A program made the translations under genes and the position numbers. The notes under the pieces were generated by a model. The model was not told the origin of the DNA and did not search any database. It saw only the letters and a list, made by a program, of their open reading frames with translations. Positions 28,735 through 38,390 of a stretch of 64,000 nt of DNA are shown here, in pieces (positions within the stretch are counted from its first letter, which is position 1; every line of letters starts with the position of its first letter). Source of the stretch: an uncultured Elusimicrobiales bacterium (GTDB lineage: Bacteria > Elusimicrobiota > Elusimicrobia > Elusimicrobiales > Elusimicrobiaceae). The stretch is taken from the NCBI GenBank assembly GCA_944326765.1, contig CALVFE010000002.1, forward strand, positions 4,058-68,057, written 5' to 3'.

Positions 28735-29451
28735 ATGATATTTACCGACTCGGGCATTATTCTTTTGCGGCAGCCGTTTCGCGAAGCGGATCGCATTGTG
28801 TCGCTTTACACACGGGAACACGGACGTATTAACCTGCGGTTTCCCGGAGTGGCGCGTTCGGTCGGAAAATTAAAAGCACTCAGCGAAATTTTTTGCTGCG
28901 CCGATTACCGCATCTATATCCGCCGGGGAGGTGCTGTCGGTACCGTTACCGGCGGTAAATTGCTGCATGTTTTTCCCACCATACGGCGCGATTTAAAGAG
29001 AACGTCGCTTGCTTTGCATTTTTGTGAATTGTTACAGCGGCTGACTCCGCTGCACCAGCCCAGTGAGGCAAAATTCGAACTGCTTCTGTCCTCGCTCAAA
29101 GAATTGGAATATGGCGTTCCCAATCCGGCATTTGCGGCGGCGTTTACCTTGCGCTTAATGACGTTGGCCGGATTTGGGCTGGATCACCCCGTATTAAAGA
29201 TTCCTTCCGCGTTTTGGCAGCGGATACACGAAGCCCCTCTTTCCTCCTTGCATTTTACCACGGCCGAAGACCTGCTGTCCTTGGCGAAATGCAACAGCGT
29301 ATGCCGCCGATTTTTAAACCAATACTTATCCTATCCGCTCCATACGCTTAAACCTTTCACCTTGGACGAAAACGATTCTTTCGCAGCACTGCCGCAGTCG
29401 GACGACAATACCCCGCTCCCCATCAAACTGGAACCGGCTTCTGTACAATAA
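28735..29451 (+). CDS. recO: DNA repair protein RecO
   Basis: GIILLRQPFREADRIVSLYTREHGRI N-terminal OB fold; FTLRLMTLAGF. Confidence 0.88.
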   Translation: MIFTDSGIILLRQPFREADRIVSLYTREHGRINLRFPGVARSVGKLKALSEIFCCADYRIYIRRGGAVGTVTGGKLLHVFPTIRRDLKRTSLALHFCELLQRLTPLHQPSEAKFELLLSSLKELEYGVPNPAFAAAFTLRLMTLAGFGLDHPVLKIPSAFWQRIHEAPLSSLHFTTAEDLLSLAKCNSVCRRFLNQYLSYPLHTLKPFTLDENDSFAALPQSDDNTPLPIKLEPASVQ

Positions 29452-29487
29452 ACCGATATAGATTTCTAGGCCTTAAATACCTGCAGA

Positions 29488-29533
29488 AATAGGTCTAAAG
29501 ACCCTTGCTGGGCCGTTTTAATTTTGTGATAAT
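29488..29533 (+). promoter_or_regulatory. Putative transcription-factor site (copy 2) plus promoter
   Basis: AATAGGTCTaaaGACCCTTG overlapping TTGCTG-17 nt-GATAAT. Confidence 0.6.
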
Positions 29534-29561
29534 ACTAGAAACTGAAATATCTGGAGGAAGC

Positions 29562-30191
29562 ATGTTGGATTGTAAATGGATAAAAATTTTGACGGTATTG
29601 GCCATCGTCGCCATGCCGATTGGTATTTCCCGCGCGGCGGAAGGGTTTTTCCCCGGGCAGAAGAAAGTCGTTTCCTGGCGGGAAGCGTTAAAAAAAGCTA
29701 ATATGCGGGTAGATAATGAAGGGACGGCTTCCGTGTTGGGCACGCGGGTAGGAGAATATGTACGCCGCTTACACATACAGGCGGAAGAACATAAAAAAGT
29801 GAAAGATTTTTTTGAATCGCTGCGAGCCAAAAATACGCCGCAGACGCTTGTCAGCAAATGCCAGGCCAATTATGATGTTATTAAACAAACCGCCAATGAA
29901 AATAAATTGTTTGCTAATTATGGTTTGACGGCGGTTTCTCCTGCTGATTTTTGTAATCTTTCCGCGGAAGAATTAGCCTCCGTGAAACGGTTCTTCCAAA
30001 ATCGGCAGCCGCTGTCCCAGGCGCGTCAGTACAAGAAAGCCCTGTTACTGACCCTCTCTACTCGCCCTGCCGTATTGCAGTTGGTGGTTACCCCCAAAGA
30101 CAAGATGATTATTTTGAATTATAACGCGCCGAAAGATTTGGAAACGCTGGAAGAATTGCAGTCCAGCTGGAAAGAACTTTCCGTGTATTAA
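29562..30191 (+). CDS. Hypothetical secreted protein
   Basis: GGAGG SD before ATG 29562; signal-peptide-like N-terminus (..ISRA-AE); terminator follows. Confidence 0.7.
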   Translation: MLDCKWIKILTVLAIVAMPIGISRAAEGFFPGQKKVVSWREALKKANMRVDNEGTASVLGTRVGEYVRRLHIQAEEHKKVKDFFESLRAKNTPQTLVSKCQANYDVIKQTANENKLFANYGLTAVSPADFCNLSAEELASVKRFFQNRQPLSQARQYKKALLLTLSTRPAVLQLVVTPKDKMIILNYNAPKDLETLEELQSSWKELSVY

Positions 30192-30204
30192 TTAAATTTC
30201 CAAG

Positions 30205-30230
30205 AAAACCCCGGTTTCTCCGGGGTTTTT
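30205..30230. terminator. Bidirectional terminator
   Basis: AAAACCCCGG-tttct-CCGGGGTTTT. Confidence 0.8.
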
Positions 30231-30281
30231 CCGACATTATATAAATGCTCCGGCGGACAGTCGGGGCATTTGGTTATTGGG

Positions 30282-30941
30282 CTAATTTAACAATTCATCT
30301 ATATCCGAATAAATATCTTTCAACGAAGAATAGATCTTGAATGCATTTTCCCGAATATATTGGGTAGGCTGTTTCATCTGCGGAACCACGCAGGTACGCA
30401 TACGGGCGGTGACCGCCGCGGTTGCTCCGGCGACAGAGTCCTCAAACACCAAACATTCGGAAACGTCCACCCCCAATTTTTGGGCGGTTTTCAAATAGAC
30501 TTCGGGATCCGGTTTGGGGTGAGATACATCATCTGAAGTGGTAACAGAAGAAAAATACTTTTTGATTTCTTTTTTCTCTAATAAAAACATTACCCAGCGC
30601 GTAATATTAGAAGATGCCAGTGCGATCTTCAGCCCCCGGTTATAAAAAAATTCCACCGCCTCTTTCGCCCCCGGCCGGAAACGGATTTCTTTGTTTGAAG
30701 CCAGATATCCTTCAAAAATCTCTCCCGTACGCCGGTGCATTTTCGGAATATCCGTTTCCGGCCCGAAATGCTGCAAAATGAACCGCGAAGCATCTTCGCG
30801 GCTGATGCCTACGCAGGATTCAAACAATTCATAGGGAAACTCCAACCCGTCTTCGGCGGCTGCTTTTTTATAACATTCGAAATAAATAGGTTCGGTATCA
30901 AACAGCAAGCCGTCCATATCAAAAATAACCGTCGTAATCAT
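30282..30941 (-). CDS. HAD-superfamily hydrolase (beta-PGM/CbbY-like)
   Basis: FDMDGLLFDTE, LASS, KPDPEVY, FEDSVAG. Confidence 0.92.
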   Translation of the reverse strand: MITTVIFDMDGLLFDTEPIYFECYKKAAAEDGLEFPYELFESCVGISREDASRFILQHFGPETDIPKMHRRTGEIFEGYLASNKEIRFRPGAKEAVEFFYNRGLKIALASSNITRWVMFLLEKKEIKKYFSSVTTSDDVSHPKPDPEVYLKTAQKLGVDVSECLVFEDSVAGATAAVTARMRTCVVPQMKQPTQYIRENAFKIYSSLKDIYSDIDELLN

Positions 30942-31028
30942 ATCCGGTATTATAGCAGTTTTTAGGCAGGTAAATTTCTGCGCCGCCCATTCGTATTTTA
31001 TATAATGTTTTTATCTATGAAATACGGT

Positions 31029-31904
31029 ATGAATTTTCAGGATATGATATCCGCTTTAAACACTTATTGGACTAAACAAGGCTGTATCCTTGTTCAGCCC
31101 TATGACGTTGAAAAAGGCGCCGGCACTTATAATCCGGAAACCTTTTTCGGCTCGTTAACCAAGAAACCCGTTAAACGTGCGTATGTGGAACCCTGCCGCC
31201 GCCCGGCGGACGGCCGCTATGGCGAAAACCCCAACCGCCTGGGCAAATACTATCAGTATCAGGTCATTATGAAACCCGCCCCGGCCAACATTCAGGAAAT
31301 CTATTTAAATTCCTTAAAGGCCATCGGATTAGATCCCAAACAGCACGACGTGCGCTGGATTGAAGACGATTGGCAGTCCCCCACCTTGGGCGCATCGGGC
31401 GTGGGCTGGGAAATTTGGCTTGACGGTATGGAAATTACCCAGTTTACCTATTTTCAAAATATGGCCGGCTATGCGTTAAACCCCATTACGGTAGAAATTA
31501 CATACGGATTGGAACGCATCGCCATGTACTGTCAGAAAGTAGATAATGTGTTTGACGTCCGCTGGAACGACGAAGTTACTTACCGCGACGTGCACCACGA
31601 AGGCGAACGCCAATTTTCGCGCTATTATTTCGAAGAATCCAATGTGGATCATCTGCGCCGCTATATTCAGGAATGCGAGGAAGAATGTTTCGCCCTGTGC
31701 AAAAAAGGGCTTTATCTGCCCGCCTACGACGACGCAATGAAACTTTCCCATTATTTTAACATGTTGGAAGCACGCGGCGCGATTTCCGTGTCCGACCGTA
31801 CCAACAACATTACCAAAATCCGCAACTTGGCCAAAGCCTGCGCCAAAGCGTATGTGGAAAGCGTAGAAAAACAAGATAAACAAAACGAGGAGGCCGCCCA
31901 ATGA
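31029..31904 (+). CDS. glyQ: Glycyl-tRNA synthetase alpha subunit
   Basis: [41 protein letters not shown]. Confidence 0.97.
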   Translation: MNFQDMISALNTYWTKQGCILVQPYDVEKGAGTYNPETFFGSLTKKPVKRAYVEPCRRPADGRYGENPNRLGKYYQYQVIMKPAPANIQEIYLNSLKAIGLDPKQHDVRWIEDDWQSPTLGASGVGWEIWLDGMEITQFTYFQNMAGYALNPITVEITYGLERIAMYCQKVDNVFDVRWNDEVTYRDVHHEGERQFSRYYFEESNVDHLRRYIQECEEECFALCKKGLYLPAYDDAMKLSHYFNMLEARGAISVSDRTNNITKIRNLAKACAKAYVESVEKQDKQNEEAAQ

Positions 31905-33979
31905 ATGCTTTGCTGGAAATCGGCGTAGAACACTTGCCCGCCCGCTTTATGGCGCCTGCCTTAAAGCAATTAAAAACGCTAACCGCCCAAATTTTAGACG
32001 AAAAAAGAATTGCCTATAAATCGGTGGAGTCTTTCGGCACTTATCGTCGGTTGGTGGTACTCATAGAAGATATTGCCGAAAAATCGGCCGACGTACAAAA
32101 AGAAGTCAAAGGCCCGCCGGCTAAACTCTTAAAAGACGCTGACGGCAATTTTACTCCCCAAAGCGCCGGTTTTGCACAGAAAAACGGGATTTCCCCCGAA
32201 AAATTAACCGTTGTGGAAACGGATAAAGGGCCGTTCATCTACGCCATTGTTAAAATCAAAGGCGAAAAAACGGTAAAACTCCTGCCGGAAATTTTTACCC
32301 GTATCGTTACGGGCTTGGAATTTGCCAAAAATATGATTTGGGAAGAATCCTGCCTGCGTTACGGCCGCCCGATCCGCTCGCTTATTGGGCTATACGGCAA
32401 TAAAGTAATCAAATTTACGGTGGCGGGTGTAACTTCCAACCGCAACACCTATCCGCTTTCTTCTTTTGGCCGCAAACCGATTAAAGTGGAAAAGGCCGAT
32501 AAAGCCTATTACGCAAATTTGCTTTCCTCGCAGCCCCAGCCGATTTTGGTACTGCCGCAGGAACGTAAAGAAGCGTTAATCAAAACGGTTTCCAACGAAG
32601 CCAGAGTACGCGGCTATCAAGCGGATTTGGATCCGGATTTGATTGAAGAAACGGTTTGGTTTACCGAACACCCCGTTGCCGTAGGCGGCGATTTTGAAAT
32701 TAAATTTTTAACGCTTCCGAAAGAACTGGTTACGACGGTACTTAAAAAACAAATTAAAATGTTCCCCGTTTTAAACGATAAAGGCGAACTGCAGCCGTAT
32801 TTCATCGCCGTGCGCGACGGGATATCCGTCAACCAAAACGAAGTGCGCGACGGGTTTAAAAAAGTGATGTCTGCCCGTTTGTCCGATGCGGTATTTTTCT
32901 TTGAAAATGATAAGAAAGACGGGTTGGAAACCTTTAAAGAAAAACTTAAAAACGTGCAATTTTTGGAAGGACTTGGATCTATGTACGAAAAATCCGAGCG
33001 CACCCAAAAACTGGCGGATTGGCTGTGTGAAAAACTGGGAAAAACGTCATTGAAAAATACTGTAGATTATGCTGCCTCACACGCGTATGCCGACTTAGCC
33101 AGCCATGTAGTCTATGAATTTCCGGAATTGCAAGGTTATATGGGCGGCCAGTACGCGGCGTTGGAAGGGCACAAAGACGCGGCGAAGGCTATGGAAGAAT
33201 TTTACTACCCGCTGACTTCTGCTTCCCAGCTTCCCGCTACGGAAGAAGGCTGCATCGTCTCGCTGGCCGGGAAAATAGACACGCTGGCAGGCAATTTTCT
33301 CATTGGTCAAATTCCTACCGGAAGCGAAGATCCCTTCGCCCTGCGCCGCCAGGCTTTTGGCGCGGTACGTATTTTACTGGAAAAAGGAATGAAGGTTTCT
33401 TTGAAGGAACTGGTAGAAAAATCGGCCGCTTTATATCCGGCCGGCACGCCGGACAAAGGATTAAAAGAACTGCCCGCTTTCTTATGGCAGCGTTTGGCAT
33501 TGGTATTAGAACAGCGCGGGCATAATACCGCGGCGCTTCAGGCCGTAATTAATTGGTATGAAATGCCGCTCGTGCAAGTGGAGGCCTTAGTCGGCGCACT
33601 GGAAACGGTAAAAACGGGCGAAGATTTTGCACAACTTTTGGAACCCGCCAAACGCGTATGCAATATTCTTAAAAAGGCCGAAAAGGTAACTGAAAACGTC
33701 GATGAGAAACTTCTTTCGGCTCCGGCGGAAAAAGCCCTGTATGACAAGGTCCACGAAATAGATTGTGCCTTAGGCTGTTCCGTAACCGTCGCCGCTACGA
33801 AAGAAGCCTATCTAAATGTACTTAAAACCTATGGCGCCTTTAGAGAACCGTTGGAAAACTTCTTTAAGGACGTAATGGTCAACGCGGAAGATCCCGCCAT
33901 ACGGCAAAACCGCTTGGCGCTGTTGGCGCGCGTACGCCGTTATCTGACGCAGACAGTGGCCGACATTACCAAATTGTAA
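31901..33979 (+). CDS. glyS: Glycyl-tRNA synthetase beta subunit
   Basis: [36 protein letters not shown] domain (IRQNRLALL). Confidence 0.97.
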   Translation: MNALLEIGVEHLPARFMAPALKQLKTLTAQILDEKRIAYKSVESFGTYRRLVVLIEDIAEKSADVQKEVKGPPAKLLKDADGNFTPQSAGFAQKNGISPEKLTVVETDKGPFIYAIVKIKGEKTVKLLPEIFTRIVTGLEFAKNMIWEESCLRYGRPIRSLIGLYGNKVIKFTVAGVTSNRNTYPLSSFGRKPIKVEKADKAYYANLLSSQPQPILVLPQERKEALIKTVSNEARVRGYQADLDPDLIEETVWFTEHPVAVGGDFEIKFLTLPKELVTTVLKKQIKMFPVLNDKGELQPYFIAVRDGISVNQNEVRDGFKKVMSARLSDAVFFFENDKKDGLETFKEKLKNVQFLEGLGSMYEKSERTQKLADWLCEKLGKTSLKNTVDYAASHAYADLASHVVYEFPELQGYMGGQYAALEGHKDAAKAMEEFYYPLTSASQLPATEEGCIVSLAGKIDTLAGNFLIGQIPTGSEDPFALRRQAFGAVRILLEKGMKVSLKELVEKSAALYPAGTPDKGLKELPAFLWQRLALVLEQRGHNTAALQAVINWYEMPLVQVEALVGALETVKTGEDFAQLLEPAKRVCNILKKAEKVTENVDEKLLSAPAEKALYDKVHEIDCALGCSVTVAATKEAYLNVLKTYGAFREPLENFFKDVMVNAEDPAIRQNRLALLARVRRYLTQTVADITKL

Positions 33980-33994
33980 GTTTATTTGAACTCC

Positions 33995-34025
33995 AAAAAC
34001 CCGGCTCATTTTGGCCGGGTTTTTT
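33995..34025 (+). terminator. glyQS terminator
   Basis: AAAAACCCGGC...GCCGGGTTTTTT. Confidence 0.85.
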
Positions 34026-34136
34026 ATTGAACGGATAAAGGCTGTTTCTTCCGCCAGCTAATTTCTTTCCATTGTTCCTTTAAAAATACACTCAAAACAC
34101 AAAAATCTATCTTTATTTAAACGAAAAAAATACCCC

Positions 34137-34164
34137 TTGAAAAGTTTTAAAATGTGCCTATACT
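34137..34164 (+). promoter_or_regulatory. Strong sigma70-type promoter of the putative ncRNA
   Basis: TTGAAA-16 nt-TATACT with an A-rich UP-like tract upstream. Confidence 0.75.
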
Positions 34165-34170
34165 ATCCAT

Positions 34171-34650
34171 ACAGGAAGTAAGTCCGTAGGCCTGCTGGGG
34201 GCTGCTTGAAAGCGGACAAAGGCGGTGACGTGAGGTAGTGTTGCTGTAGTTGTAAAGGCACCGAGTCGAAAGAAGTTGGCCTGTGTGCTAGTAAGAGGCC
34301 AGGAAGGTTGGGTTACATAACTTTCCGGGAGCTGGTAAGACGCAGAGCAAGGAGTGTTCGACCGCGGACGGGGCAGGGCGCTAAGTGTTGTTCCGTCTGG
34401 AAGTTAGGGTGCTGACGCAGCGTTGTAAAGCGGTGTAGTGCGGCATGAGGGTACGTCGTACAGAGTCGTGAGTAGCGTGGTTTCCGGCGGTTGATGTAAT
34501 TGCTTCGGCCGGATTGGAAACAAAAAAGCGGCATAAGTCCCAGTGTTGTGGTTGTTTAGGCCTATCCTGAGAGCAGTAGATAAGCAGTGAGGAGTAATAA
34601 TGGAGACGTCAAGATGAACCCCTCGGTTTTGATAACCGGGGGGTTCCATT
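34171..34650 (+). ncRNA. Putative large structured non-coding RNA (~480 nt), family unassigned
   Basis: Promoter and terminator bracket a region with no long plus-strand ORF; three nested long-range helices and at least five local hairpins rich in G-U pairs. Confidence 0.75.
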
Positions 34651-34652
34651 TT
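34616..34652 (+). terminator. Terminator-like hairpin closing the ncRNA
   Basis: GAACCCCTCGGTT-ttgat-AACCGGGGGGTTC then CATTTT. Confidence 0.7.
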
Positions 34653-34768
34653 AGACGAAATTCTTTGATTTTTCCCCAATTTTCCGGTCATTATACTTTC
34701 TTTATACCCCCGCTTCTTGGCAGAAAAGGTTTATTTCCCCCCGCAGAACGGCAAGAGAATAAACACCC

Positions 34769-34801
34769 AAAAAAATCCGGCTTTTACAAACCGGATTTTT
34801 T
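34769..34801 (-). terminator. Terminator of the lipA/lipoprotein unit
   Basis: AAAAAATCCGG...CCGGATTTTTT. Confidence 0.75.
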
Positions 34802-34825
34802 AATTGAATGAAAAAACGGAACGCT

Positions 34826-35182
34826 TTATTCCAACACGCTTGGCGGCGGCAAAAGCCCCGTTTCGGAAGGGACGCTCTGCGCCGAAGACTCGCCGGAAGC
34901 CTCTTCGGTTTCTTCGTCTTGCAGAGGGGTTAAAATCATTTCTTCATAACTTTCATCGGGCAGAGGAGCGATATCCACTTCCTGCGGAATAGACATCTCT
35001 TCCTGCCGCGATGAGGACATAGCCGCCGCTGCTTCCGAGGAACCCTCCCCCGCCGAGCGGGAAGAGGAGCTTTGGCCATCTGCGGAATAAGCGTTGCTTG
35101 GATTCCACCAAGCCGGCGGATTGCCGGCACAAGCGGCTATAAAAAAACTCAAAGTTAATAAGAAAAAACTATTTTTCTTCAT
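34826..35182 (-). CDS. Hypothetical acidic lipoprotein
   Basis: Lipobox FIAAC; Ser/Glu-rich low-complexity body. Confidence 0.7.
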   Translation of the reverse strand: MKKNSFFLLTLSFFIAACAGNPPAWWNPSNAYSADGQSSSSRSAGEGSSEAAAAMSSSRQEEMSIPQEVDIAPLPDESYEEMILTPLQDEETEEASGESSAQSVPSETGLLPPPSVLE

Positions 35183-35207
35183 ATTTCTATTATAGCAATA
35201 TCGCGCT

Positions 35208-36101
35208 TTATTTGGATACAGCCGTCAGGCAGGCACGAGCGTATAAAGCTCCTGCCCGGTAGCTGCTGCGTACCAGCGGCCCGCTGGCCGCGGCCTTAAA
35301 CCCGACGGAAAGCGCATATTCTTCCCAGGCGCGATATTCAGCCGGATCGGGGTAACGCACCACCGGATAATGCGCCGCTGAAGGCGCCAAATACTGTCCA
35401 ATTGTCAGTAAATCCACGCCAACGGAACGCAAATCACGCATTAATGCCTTAATCTGTTCGTCTGTTTCTCCCAGCCCCACCATAAAACCGGTTTTGGTAA
35501 AAATAGTTGGTGCTATTTTTTTTGCATTTTCCAGCAGTTTAAGCGTACGGCGGTAATCGGCGCCTACCCGCACCGCCGCATATAAGGCTGGCACGGTTTC
35601 TACATTGTGTGCCAATACTTCCGGTTTTGCGTTCAAAATGGTTTTCAACGCTTCTTCATCGCCGCGCAGATCGGAGATCAGCGGTTCCACTTTTACCTGC
35701 GGCGCGCGCGTTTTAATGGCTTGAATTACCCGCGCAAAATGAGCGGCGCCGCCGTCTTTTAAATCGTCACGCGTCGGCATAGTCAGTACGGCATAGCGAA
35801 TGCCCCACTCTTTTACGGCCTCCGCTACGCGGATAGGTTCCGTATCGTCGGGCGGTAAAGGACTCGCTTTGGTAACCGCGCAGAAACGGCAGCCCCGCGT
35901 ACAAATATCGCCCAAAACCATAAAAGTTGCATCGCCGCAATTAAAACATTCCCCCCGATTGGGACATCGGGCGGCGTGGCAAACCGTATGCAGTAAGTGG
36001 CGGTCAATTGACTGCTGCGCGTGCAACGCCGTATTGGAACGCAAAGCCGCTTTATTGCGGCCTACTAGATTTTTTAGCCACTGGGGCATAGGTGTAGTCA
36101 T
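35208..36101 (-). CDS. lipA: Lipoyl synthase
   Basis: CHAARCPNRGEC, CTRGCRFC, HNVETV, TIGQYL, VRSSY. Confidence 0.96.
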   Translation of the reverse strand: MTTPMPQWLKNLVGRNKAALRSNTALHAQQSIDRHLLHTVCHAARCPNRGECFNCGDATFMVLGDICTRGCRFCAVTKASPLPPDDTEPIRVAEAVKEWGIRYAVLTMPTRDDLKDGGAAHFARVIQAIKTRAPQVKVEPLISDLRGDEEALKTILNAKPEVLAHNVETVPALYAAVRVGADYRRTLKLLENAKKIAPTIFTKTGFMVGLGETDEQIKALMRDLRSVGVDLLTIGQYLAPSAAHYPVVRYPDPAEYRAWEEYALSVGFKAAASGPLVRSSYRAGALYARACLTAVSK

Positions 36102-36184
36102 TAAAATTATTATACTAAAAGCGCGCCGATTCCGCCGAAAACGATATGATATAATAATAGAAATTCCACCCTAGGGGAAATCCT

Positions 36185-38293
36185 GTGAAACGTTTTTTCA
36201 CTTTCGTATGCTTTCTGGCGTTTATGCCCGTTTGGGCGGCGGATAAGGAGCCATCTGTCCCCGCCGAAACCGAGTCAGCGCGTTTGCAGGAAGCGGGCAG
36301 CTTGTATTTCGATTACAAGCAGAACGATGCCCTAGACGCTTACATAGAACTTTCCAAAGATACCGGAAATCGACAGGCTTTTTTAAACGCGGCTTTTATC
36401 GCCATGGAGCAAAATAATCCCAAACAAGCGGTAGATATTATGTCTGCCGCTTACCGGCTCTATCCGCAAGACCGAGAGGTGATCGAAATGGCGGCGGAAG
36501 CCTACTTGGCAGACGGCCAATACCGAGCTGCCGAAAAATTCCTCTCTCTCCTGCCAGAAAACCCTGACCGGGCCGGATTTTTTCACATTAATTTAGCACG
36601 CGCCCAGATAGGACTGGGCGAAAGAAAGCTGGCAAAGTATAACTTAAAAATGGCGGCGCGCGCCGGTACGCACCCGGCGTTGGCTAATTATTTGCTGGGC
36701 ATTTTATACGAAGAAGATAAGGATTATGAAAAAGCCGCCGACGTCTTTCGCAAGGCCACCGTTTATGACCATCAATTTATTGAAGCCAAAAAACATTATG
36801 CCGCCGTACTGGAAAAATTAGGAAATTATAACGAAGCCTACCGGCAATACCGTATGATTTATTCTTCGGAAAAAAATTTAAAAGACGTCAACGCCGCCTT
36901 ATCCCGCTTAAAACCGCGGCTTTCTCGTCCGGAAAAAGAAATTACCGGCGGAAAAGAAATTTTAAAACATACATTCGTTAAACCCCTTATTCCTCCGGAA
37001 AATGTACAAACAAAAGAAATTAAAATAGGAATCGGCATGCGCTCCAACGGACGGCCGCCTGTTCGGACAACCGTACATTTTATCCCCTCGCATAATTTTA
37101 AAATTACCGATCCCCAAACCGGCACGTTGCTCGCTTCTGGAAAAGCCAAGGAAAGCTGGGTAGCCGTATTGGAAAATGGGAAAGCCTATTTGTTGACACC
37201 GGCTAACCAAAAAATCCCGTTTAAAAAATCCGTACTGATTACCCCCTCTTCTAACACCGAAGGCGAAGGGCATACCATCATCGTAAAAAATGTAATGAGC
37301 GGCGCCGGAATGACTTGGGCCAGCGTTGACGATAAAGAATATCGCGGCCAATTACAAATTACATATCATTCCACGCTAAAAACGCTGATTCCCATTAACA
37401 TCGTTAACATAGAGGAATATCTGCAGGGAGTAATATCTTCTGAAATGCCCACCCAATTCCCGATAGACGCGCTGCGTGCACAGGCGGTCTTAGCGCGCAC
37501 CTATGCTTTAAAACATTTAGGCAAGCATAGATATTACGGCTATGATCTGTGTGATACGCAAAACTGTCAGGTCTATGGAGGCGTCAGTTCCGAAAGCGAA
37601 CGCGGAAATGCTGCCGTAGAATCCACCATGGGAGAAATCCTGCAATATGACAACAAACCCATTGAAAGTGTTTTTTCGGCCAATTGCGGCGGGATTACGC
37701 AAAGCGCTAAAGAAGCGGGCTGGTATGATACCCCTTATTTACAACCTGTTTCCGATTATAAGGATTTTGATTTTAACCAATTACAGCCCTACCATTTTAA
37801 AGAACTTTTACAATATCCGCACGACGCTTACAGCCGATATGATAAAAATGTCAGTTTGGCCGCTTTCCGATGGACACGAGTGGTAGAGGAAGAAGATTTA
37901 AGCCAAATCATCAAACAACAAAAAAAGGATATCGGCCGTATTACTGCCATCATTCCCCTGCGGCGCGGCCGATCGGGTTATGTAAGCAGGCTGCTGGTCA
38001 AAGGAAGCAAAGGAAGCGTAACCCTTAATAAAGAAAACGTTATTCGGAATAATTTAAGCCTGGGTATGCTGCGCAGCAGTTATTTTATCGTAGAACCTAA
38101 TTACCAAGACCGCGAATTAAAATACTTTGTGTTTTATGGCGGCGGCTGGGGACACGGCGTAGGATTTGACCAAACCGGCGCCGCCGGCCGGGCAGATGCC
38201 GGGCAAAATTATAAAGAAATTCTGCATCATTACTTTCCCTTGGCGGATTTTTACTCGCCTGCTCAACAAATACACGCAAAATCCCCGAAATAA
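36185..38293 (+). CDS. Secreted TPR + SpoIID/LytB domain protein
   Basis: Signal peptide, TPR-like helices, EEYLQGVISSEM, ALRAQAVLARTYA, CQVYGG, GWGHGVGFDQ. Confidence 0.9.
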   Translation: MKRFFTFVCFLAFMPVWAADKEPSVPAETESARLQEAGSLYFDYKQNDALDAYIELSKDTGNRQAFLNAAFIAMEQNNPKQAVDIMSAAYRLYPQDREVIEMAAEAYLADGQYRAAEKFLSLLPENPDRAGFFHINLARAQIGLGERKLAKYNLKMAARAGTHPALANYLLGILYEEDKDYEKAADVFRKATVYDHQFIEAKKHYAAVLEKLGNYNEAYRQYRMIYSSEKNLKDVNAALSRLKPRLSRPEKEITGGKEILKHTFVKPLIPPENVQTKEIKIGIGMRSNGRPPVRTTVHFIPSHNFKITDPQTGTLLASGKAKESWVAVLENGKAYLLTPANQKIPFKKSVLITPSSNTEGEGHTIIVKNVMSGAGMTWASVDDKEYRGQLQITYHSTLKTLIPINIVNIEEYLQGVISSEMPTQFPIDALRAQAVLARTYALKHLGKHRYYGYDLCDTQNCQVYGGVSSESERGNAAVESTMGEILQYDNKPIESVFSANCGGITQSAKEAGWYDTPYLQPVSDYKDFDFNQLQPYHFKELLQYPHDAYSRYDKNVSLAAFRWTRVVEEEDLSQIIKQQKKDIGRITAIIPLRRGRSGYVSRLLVKGSKGSVTLNKENVIRNNLSLGMLRSSYFIVEPNYQDRELKYFVFYGGGWGHGVGFDQTGAAGRADAGQNYKEILHHYFPLADFYSPAQQIHAKSPK

Positions 38294-38310
38294 CGCTCCT
38301 TACAAAATGT

Positions 38311-38341
38311 AACAATCCCCGGGTGTTTCCCGGGGATTGTT
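38311..38341. terminator. Hairpin terminator between convergent genes
   Basis: AACAATCCCCGGG-tgttt-CCCGGGGATTGTT. Confidence 0.75.
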
Positions 38342-38390
38342 CCATGCGCAAATGATATTTTTTTACCCGTCTAATTTTCCGCCATAAAGG

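Noticed and set aside
28654-29507. Invertible recO segment bounded by inverted repeats
   Set aside because: The central spacers differ (ttc vs aaa) and no recombinase is present in the window; a regulator site fits better.
34401-34418. T-box-like word AAGTTAGGGTGCTGACGC near glyQS
   Set aside because: Lacks the essential UGGN bulge, lies downstream of glyS, and no synthetase gene follows on that strand.
34197-34560. tmRNA, because of the GGGGGCTG start
   Set aside because: No T-arm (GTTCGA) plus CCA acceptor end at a matching 3' position, and no tag ORF ending in an AA-type motif.
34171-34564. RNase P RNA (rnpB) identity for the ncRNA, suggested by size, AAGTCCG near the 5' end and ACAAAAAAGCGGCATA near the 3' end
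   Set aside because: No GAGGAAAGUCC inside the closing helix, the putative P4 strands do not pair properly, and other conserved regions are absent; a very divergent rnpB should still be excluded by cmscan.
34313-34691. Minus-strand ORFs 34313-34534 and 34404-34691
   Set aside because: No SD or recognisable protein features; they are antisense to a promoter-terminator unit better explained as structured RNA.
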